From NCBI GenBank assembly GCA_026395775.1, contig JAPLYA010000141.1, positions 1-31,436 of the forward strand: 31,436 nt of DNA, given 5' to 3'. Both the position numbers and the translations under genes were made by a program. Origin of the DNA: Candidatus Pacearchaeota archaeon (GTDB taxonomy: Archaea > Nanobdellota > Nanobdellia > Pacearchaeales > GW2011-AR1). Positions within the stretch are counted from its first letter, which is position 1; each line of letters begins with the position of its first letter. Under the pieces are notes generated by a model that was given only the letters and a program-made list of their open reading frames with translations, had not been told where the DNA came from and did not search any database. This document shows, piece after piece, positions 27,088 to 31,436 of this stretch.

Positions 27088-27103
27088 GCGGCAAATAAGT
27101 TTT
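27088..27103 (+). repeat. Intergenic motif GCRGCRAATAAGTTTT, copy 3
   Basis: gcggcaaataagtttt, preceded by tgaacacacactacctt (compare tgaacacttgctacctg at 24971-24987). Confidence 0.65.
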
Positions 27104-27164
27104 CTTATTACCTCTGGATTAATAAAAACCCAAGACTTAAAAACCCAGTAGTTTTAGAATTTTT

Positions 27165-28421
27165 ATGGTTGAAAATACAGATACAGAAAATAAATCTTCT
27201 GTCTCACAAACTTCCAAAACTAACAAACAGGAAGTTTTTGATATAGAGAAACTTGAAAGCTTGAATGTTGGTGTATTTGGGCATATTGACCATGGCAAGA
27301 CTACTCTTGTTTACAAGCTAACTGGCAAGTTTACAGATACACATTCTGAGGAATTGAAAAGAGGAATTACAATTAAACTGGGGTATGCTGATTGTGTGAT
27401 TTATGATGACAATGGCTTAAACATACAAAAAGGAAAGCCTCTGAGATATGTGAGTTTTGTTGATGCCCCTGGACACGAGATGCTTATGGCAACGATGCTA
27501 TCTGGGGCAGCTATAATTGATGTTGCTATTCTGGTTGTTGCTGCAAATGAGGGGATCAAACCCCAAACAAGAGAGCATTTCCAGGCATTACGAGCTAAAA
27601 ACATAAAAAATTTTATTATTGTGCAGAATAAAATTGATCTAGTTAGCAAGGAAAAAGCTCTTGAAAATTATAAAGCAATAAAAGAGCTTGTGAAGGGAAC
27701 TGAGGCGGAAAATTCAAGCATAATTCCTATTTCTGCCCAGCAGGATGTTAATATAGATAAGATTTTTGAGGAGCTTGTTAAAGTGAAAGTTCCGCTTAGA
27801 GACACTAGTTCAAGTCCTATTTTTATTGTTGCAAGAAGTTTTGACATAAATCGACCTGGAACAAAAATAAAAGATTTGAAAGGTGGGGTTTTGGGGGGGG
27901 CATTGAAAAGAGGTAAGCTAAAAATAGGTGATATAATTGAGATTAAGCCTGGAATTTATATTAAAAAAGAAAATCAGTTGATATACAAGACTGTTAAGAC
28001 TAAAATTCTGGGGATATTCAGAGGAAAGTATAGAATTAAGGAAGCTACTCCTGGGGGAAGTTTAGCTTTGGAAACAGAGCTGGATCCTATTTTAACAAAA
28101 TCAGATAATCTTGCTGGTTGCATTGCTGGTTTGGAGAGTAATCTTCCTGAGATAACTAGCAATATCAAAATTAAGTTTAATTTGTTTAAAGAAGTTCTTG
28201 GAATTGAAGATAAGAAGGAAGTTGCAAGTATTAAAATGTCAGAGCCTTTATTGATAAGCATGAATACTTCTATTTCAGTTGGGCAAGTTACCAAGCTAAA
28301 GGCAGAAGAAGCTGAGCTTTTCTTGAAAATACCAATTGTTCCGTTTAAGAGAGATAATGTTGGCATTGCTAGGAACATAGATGGTCATTGGAGATTAATC
28401 GGTTGGGGCGAGGTTTTGTGA
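27165..28421 (+). CDS. eif2g: Translation initiation factor aIF2 gamma subunit
   Basis: GHIDHGKTT, DTHSEELKRGITIKLGYAD, FVDAPGHE, PQTREH, QNKID, ARSFDINRPG, GGVLGG, WRLIGWG. Confidence 0.97.
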   Translation: MVENTDTENKSSVSQTSKTNKQEVFDIEKLESLNVGVFGHIDHGKTTLVYKLTGKFTDTHSEELKRGITIKLGYADCVIYDDNGLNIQKGKPLRYVSFVDAPGHEMLMATMLSGAAIIDVAILVVAANEGIKPQTREHFQALRAKNIKNFIIVQNKIDLVSKEKALENYKAIKELVKGTEAENSSIIPISAQQDVNIDKIFEELVKVKVPLRDTSSSPIFIVARSFDINRPGTKIKDLKGGVLGGALKRGKLKIGDIIEIKPGIYIKKENQLIYKTVKTKILGIFRGKYRIKEATPGGSLALETELDPILTKSDNLAGCIAGLESNLPEITSNIKIKFNLFKEVLGIEDKKEVASIKMSEPLLISMNTSISVGQVTKLKAEEAELFLKIPIVPFKRDNVGIARNIDGHWRLIGWGEVL

Positions 28422-28477
28422 TTCAGTAAAGTTTAAAAATTAAGAAGCACAAGACCGAGTAGAGGTTGTAATTTAAA

Positions 28478-28741
28478 ATGAGAATTAGAAATAGTTTAAT
28501 GAATATTATAGCTTCATTGGGAATATTTATGTCTTCTTTTGGGGCTGCGAGTTTTGTTTCAGGGCCTTATTATGTATCTGTGCCTGTTGTTAGAGATTCT
28601 AATGGTAAGGTGTTAAATAGGAGTCAGCTAAAAGATGGCAACGATAACACAAATTATATTCATTTGATGGCTACTGGGGGGATTATGCTTGGAGCTTTAT
28701 CTAGTAGAAGATTCAGAGAAAATTTCTATTCTCCAGATTAA
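28478..28741 (+). CDS. Small hypothetical membrane protein
   Basis: Two hydrophobic segments; 87 aa. Confidence 0.55.
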   Translation: MRIRNSLMNIIASLGIFMSSFGAASFVSGPYYVSVPVVRDSNGKVLNRSQLKDGNDNTNYIHLMATGGIMLGALSSRRFRENFYSPD

Positions 28742-28935
28742 TTCTTCTTTTTTCTTGAGAAAACATGAACTAGAGCATCATCACATTTATCTTCTGTTGT
28801 TTTCTTGTTCTTAGCATTTATGCAGCTTCTTCTTATTATATCCTCAACTTGCTCTTGTAATGTTAATAAATTCTTTTTAGCTCTTGAATTAAGAATTTTT
28901 TCTTCATCTTTGTCAATTAGAATTGTTAGTCTCAT
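28738..28935 (-). CDS. Small ribbon-helix-helix-like DNA-binding protein
   Basis: MRLTILID.DEEKIL..RAKK..LTL.EQVEDIIRRS: beta-strand then two helices. Confidence 0.6.
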   Translation of the reverse strand: MRLTILIDKDEEKILNSRAKKNLLTLQEQVEDIIRRSCINAKNKKTTEDKCDDALVHVFSRKKKN

Positions 28936-28941
28936 TTGCGA

Positions 28942-29070
28942 TTAGATATACCTTTTGTTGAAATCCTCTATTTTTTCAATGCTGATAAATTTTCCTTTTC
29001 TTATCAACTCTAATTTTTGTAAGTATTCATCCTTAACTTTTCGATTTTTTAATATAGCATTATCTATCAT
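28942..29070 (-). CDS. Possible 42-aa antitoxin-like peptide
   Basis: Below ORF-track cutoff: MIDNAILKNRKVKDEYLQKLELIRKGKFISIEKIEDFNKRYI; overlaps the upstream stop and ends 6 nt before the next ATG. Confidence 0.4.
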   Translation of the reverse strand: MIDNAILKNRKVKDEYLQKLELIRKGKFISIEKIEDFNKRYI

Positions 29071-29354
29071 TTTTTTATGTATACCTTCTGGACTTGGAAA
29101 CTTTTATAAATTCCCTCTAGAATATCTGTGCCTGCATAACCTGCTAGCAAGCTTAGTCTCCAGTCAAAATTGAAAACTAATGCTGTGAATATACCTATTA
29201 CTATTGCTACTAAAGCTGTAATTACCCAGTAGCCCCAGAGAATCTTTCTTCTCAGAGACATTGCTTTCAGCAAGCCTACAACCCCCCTAGTTGCTCATCC
29301 AATCAAACCCAATAAACCAGGAATAACTAACTCAGAATAAATATCAGCCACCAT
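29067..29354 (-). pseudogene. Small multi-pass membrane protein interrupted by one in-frame TGA
   Basis: MVADIYSELVIPGLLGLIG*ATRGVVGLLKAMS...; TGA at 29297-29295; ATG 29354 has a TATA (tttataaa) about 25-33 nt upstream, while the track start at 29273 is an internal TTG. Confidence 0.65.
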
Positions 29355-29464
29355 CTTTCTTGATTTATGCTTGAGAGATTTATAAATCTTGAGTTTATTT
29401 GTTATTAACTTAATAATAACAACAAGACAGAAAAGCTTATAAACCGAGTTTTCTAAGAAAAAGC

Positions 29465-30220
29465 ATGGAAATTCGAGATATAGAAAAAGTTGAAAGGCAG
29501 GGAGGAATTGCTTCTACTATAAAAGTCGAAGATTTTATCCTAGGGTATGCCGAAGCAGTTCGCAGATTTTTAAGGGACAATCAACCAGCTATGGGGAATA
29601 GCTGGGTTAAGGGGGTTGGGGATAGGTTATATAATCTTCAAGGAAAAAATAAGGAAGGGGATGTTCTTGGCTCAAGCACAGATATTGGAGTTGCAATTGC
29701 TACATTTTGTCCAGAAATTCCTTTGATTACTGGGCAGCAATTGCTCGGGATATATAATCAGGCAGGAAACAAAAATCCTTTTGGGAATGTTTATATTGAC
29801 TTTGGTGCTCAGGTTAATGGAACTCCTGAAGTAAACCATGTTCAGGCAAAAGTTCTTTTAGAGGAGTTTAAAGCAAGAGGAATCGAGGTTGGAGAAGGCA
29901 GAGTTCCAAATTTTGCTCAATTAAGATTACATGTCGATAAAGATGCAGGATTAGTTTACAGATTAGCAGAAAATGCATCAGCAGATAATATTGCCGTTGT
30001 TTCTGCATATCTTTTTAAAAACAGAGTTGGAAAAAATGGATTGTTTGGGGCTTTTCTTGGTAGGCCTGATTGGTTTGCTTATGATGGTGACCTCCAGTAT
30101 TCCTGTGACGCTGGTCGGGTGGTTCGTTATGACGCCGAAGGCGTCGCACGCGCTGAACCAACAAAATCTACGCCTGATTTATTCAGTACTCTAGCAGAAG
30201 ATTTTATTAGAAAATTTTAG
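29465..30220 (+). CDS. DGR target (variable) protein, 251 aa, no signal peptide; CLec-like fold inferred
   Basis: Contains VR in frame (LFGAFLGRPDWFAYDGDLQYSCDAGRVV); cttataaa TATA upstream. Fold is inferred from known DGR targets. Confidence 0.9.
   Translation: MEIRDIEKVERQGGIASTIKVEDFILGYAEAVRRFLRDNQPAMGNSWVKGVGDRLYNLQGKNKEGDVLGSSTDIGVAIATFCPEIPLITGQQLLGIYNQAGNKNPFGNVYIDFGAQVNGTPEVNHVQAKVLLEEFKARGIEVGEGRVPNFAQLRLHVDKDAGLVYRLAENASADNIAVVSAYLFKNRVGKNGLFGAFLGRPDWFAYDGDLQYSCDAGRVVRYDAEGVARAEPTKSTPDLFSTLAEDFIRKF
30041..30131 (+). repeat. DGR variable region (VR)
   Basis: 30041-30122 aligns ungapped to 30376-30457 with 12 mismatches, all at TR adenines; a further aa>cg plus 1-nt indel precedes a shared ttatg. 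Confidence 0.95.
30131..30145 (+). promoter_or_regulatory. DGR homing hairpin GACGCC-GAA-GGCGTC
   Basis: Perfect 6-bp GC-rich stem with 3-nt GAA loop directly 3' of VR, inside the coding sequence. Confidence 0.85.
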
Positions 30221-30375
30221 AAGGGTTTTTAAGCAGGTATTTCTTAACAAAATTCCTAACCATTTGGTTAGGCCACACGCCAGTTTATCAAAGCATATTC
30301 AATTTATTTTAAGCTATAAAATTCAGATATTCCTTACGAGGAATTTCGGTGATAGGAAGATAATCTGGCTACAAG

Positions 30376-30467
30376 TTGTTTAGGGCTTATCTTGATAGGC
30401 CTGATTGGTATGCTAATGATGATAACCTCCAGTATTCCAATGACGATGGTCGAATGGCTTAATTATG
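30376..30467 (+). ncRNA. DGR template repeat (TR)
   Basis: Non-coding in the target frame (ends atg gct TAA); 20 adenines in the 82-nt core, 19 in codon positions 1-2. Confidence 0.93.
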
Positions 30468-30484
30468 GTTGGGGTTATTTTCAA

Positions 30485-31420
30485 ATGAATAGTTTATATG
30501 AACAAATTTATAATTTATCTAATTTAATTCTTGCTTGGAGAAAAGCAAGAAAAGGTAAAACCAGAAAAGATTATGTTAAAGAGTTTGAAAAAGACACCCC
30601 AGGCAACTTGCTAAAACTACAAGGTGAACTGAAAAATCAAACTTACTTTCCAAAACCCTTAGTAACTTTTATTTTTCGCGACCCAAAAACCAGAAAAATT
30701 TCAAAAGCAGATTTTAGAGATAGGATTGTTCACCATGCTATTATCAAAATAATTGAACCACTTTTTGATAAATCTTTTATTTATGATTCTTGCGCAAATA
30801 GAATTGGCAAAGGAAATTTATTTGCAATAAAAAGGTTTCAAGAATTTTTAAGAAAAGTTACTCATTCTGGGAGCAGGATAGCTTTTTGCTTGAAAGCCGA
30901 TATAAGACATTATTTTCAAGAAGTGAATCATAGTATTCTAATTGAATTAATAAAAAGAAAAATAAAAGATGAAAAAGTAATCTGGCTTATAAAACAAATA
31001 TTAGAAAATGGGGAAAATATGACTGGTAGAGGCATGCCTTTGGGCAACCTTACAAGCCAATTTTTTGCTAATGTTTATCTTAATGAACTTGATTATTTTA
31101 TCAAGCAAGGGTTGAAAGCTAAATATTACATCAGGTATGTTGATGATTTTGTAATTTTGCACAATTCAAGAGAACAATTAGAAGAGTGGAAAGAGAAAAT
31201 TGATATCTTTTTAAGGGAAAAACTGAGATTAGAATTGCATCCTGAAAAATCCAAAGTTATTCCTTTATCTAAGGGGGTAGATTTTGTTGGTTTTAGGTGT
31301 TTTTATTATTTTAGATTATTAAGGAAAAGAAATATAATAAAAATTTTAACTAAAATCAAAGAGTATAAAGAAGGCAAAACTGTTTCTCTTGAAGAGATAA
31401 AGAGAAAACTTGCAATTTAA
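30485..31420 (+). CDS. DGR reverse transcriptase (311 aa from ATG 30485)
   Basis: KTRKI, FRDRIVHHA, CLKADIRHYF, GMPLGNLTSQFFANVYL, YIRYVDDF, GVDFVGF. The 30392 TTG extension is TR read in another frame. Confidence 0.95.
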   Translation: MNSLYEQIYNLSNLILAWRKARKGKTRKDYVKEFEKDTPGNLLKLQGELKNQTYFPKPLVTFIFRDPKTRKISKADFRDRIVHHAIIKIIEPLFDKSFIYDSCANRIGKGNLFAIKRFQEFLRKVTHSGSRIAFCLKADIRHYFQEVNHSILIELIKRKIKDEKVIWLIKQILENGENMTGRGMPLGNLTSQFFANVYLNELDYFIKQGLKAKYYIRYVDDFVILHNSREQLEEWKEKIDIFLREKLRLELHPEKSKVIPLSKGVDFVGFRCFYYFRLLRKRNIIKILTKIKEYKEGKTVSLEEIKRKLAI

Positions 31421-31436
31421 AATGTATTTTGTCGAG

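Larger units (their letters stand above)
29465..31420 (+). mobile_element. Diversity-generating retroelement (target-VR-hairpin, TR, RT; no avd in window)
   Basis: VR/TR pair with adenine-only differences, GAA-loop hairpin directly after VR, DGR-type RT directly after TR. Confidence 0.95.

Noticed and set aside
1876-28378. Short antisense or alternate-frame ORFs (1876, 3604, 4598, 6762, 6875, 7755, 10182, 10315, 14841, 15685, 15985, 16182, 18577, 19497, 20286, 21867, 22224, 24507, 27058, 27401, 27974)
   Set aside because: All lie over well-supported genes, lack motifs and have the composition of shadow frames.
28955-29173. 72-aa plus-strand ORF
   Set aside because: Antisense to two coupled minus-strand ORFs (29067-29354 and 28942-29070) that better fit the local gene order.
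7020-29297. Genetic-code reassignment (TGA=Gly or TAG read-through) suggested by in-frame stops
   Set aside because: TGA ends rpoE1, rps24e, eif2g, the PIN genes and the ATPase, and TAG ends spt4 and the S8 protease, all at expected lengths; long Gly-rich genes contain no internal TGA; the phosphoesterase has both stop types plus an active-site change.
29973-30194. 73-aa ORF overlapping the DGR target
   Set aside because: Alternate-frame reading of VR; the adenine pattern fits the 29465 frame (positions 1-2), not this one.
30392-30484. 31-aa N-terminal extension of the RT in the ORF track
   Set aside because: It is TR read in another frame; it mirrors the shadow ORF 29973-30194 over VR. RT homology begins at ATG 30485.

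Overview
AT-rich archaeal chromosomal segment, most consistent with a DPANN lineage (Pacearchaeota/Woesearchaeota-like; inferred from archaeal informational genes, TATA boxes about 22-30 nt before ATG and Cys-rich surface proteins; no database search was run). Left to right: (1) a 5'-truncated giant membrane-anchored beta-helix surface protein; (2) a DUF4143-type AAA+ ATPase overlapping a metallophosphoesterase pseudogene; (3) a secreted S8 protease; (4) a tightly coupled 7-gene operon (10201-15246) with two radical SAM enzymes, a radical-SAM/SPASM-like relic, two paralogous Nudix hydrolases, a Dam-fold protein with DPPY replaced by APPY and an archaeal adenylate-kinase-like protein, a combination I do not recognise as a described pathway; (5) a ~115-nt multi-hairpin non-coding element; (6) lipoprotein-like paralogs and a putative surface-fibre operon; (7) intronless tRNA-Trp(CCA), a PIN/HTH pair and a shuffled housekeeping block (PIN, rpoE1, spt4, rps24e, aIF2-gamma); (8) a diversity-generating retroelement (target with VR, GAA-loop hairpin, TR, reverse transcriptase). 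In the 82-nt VR/TR core all 12 differences fall on TR adenines. Several genes carry single nonsense or frameshift lesions; stop-codon recoding was considered and rejected.
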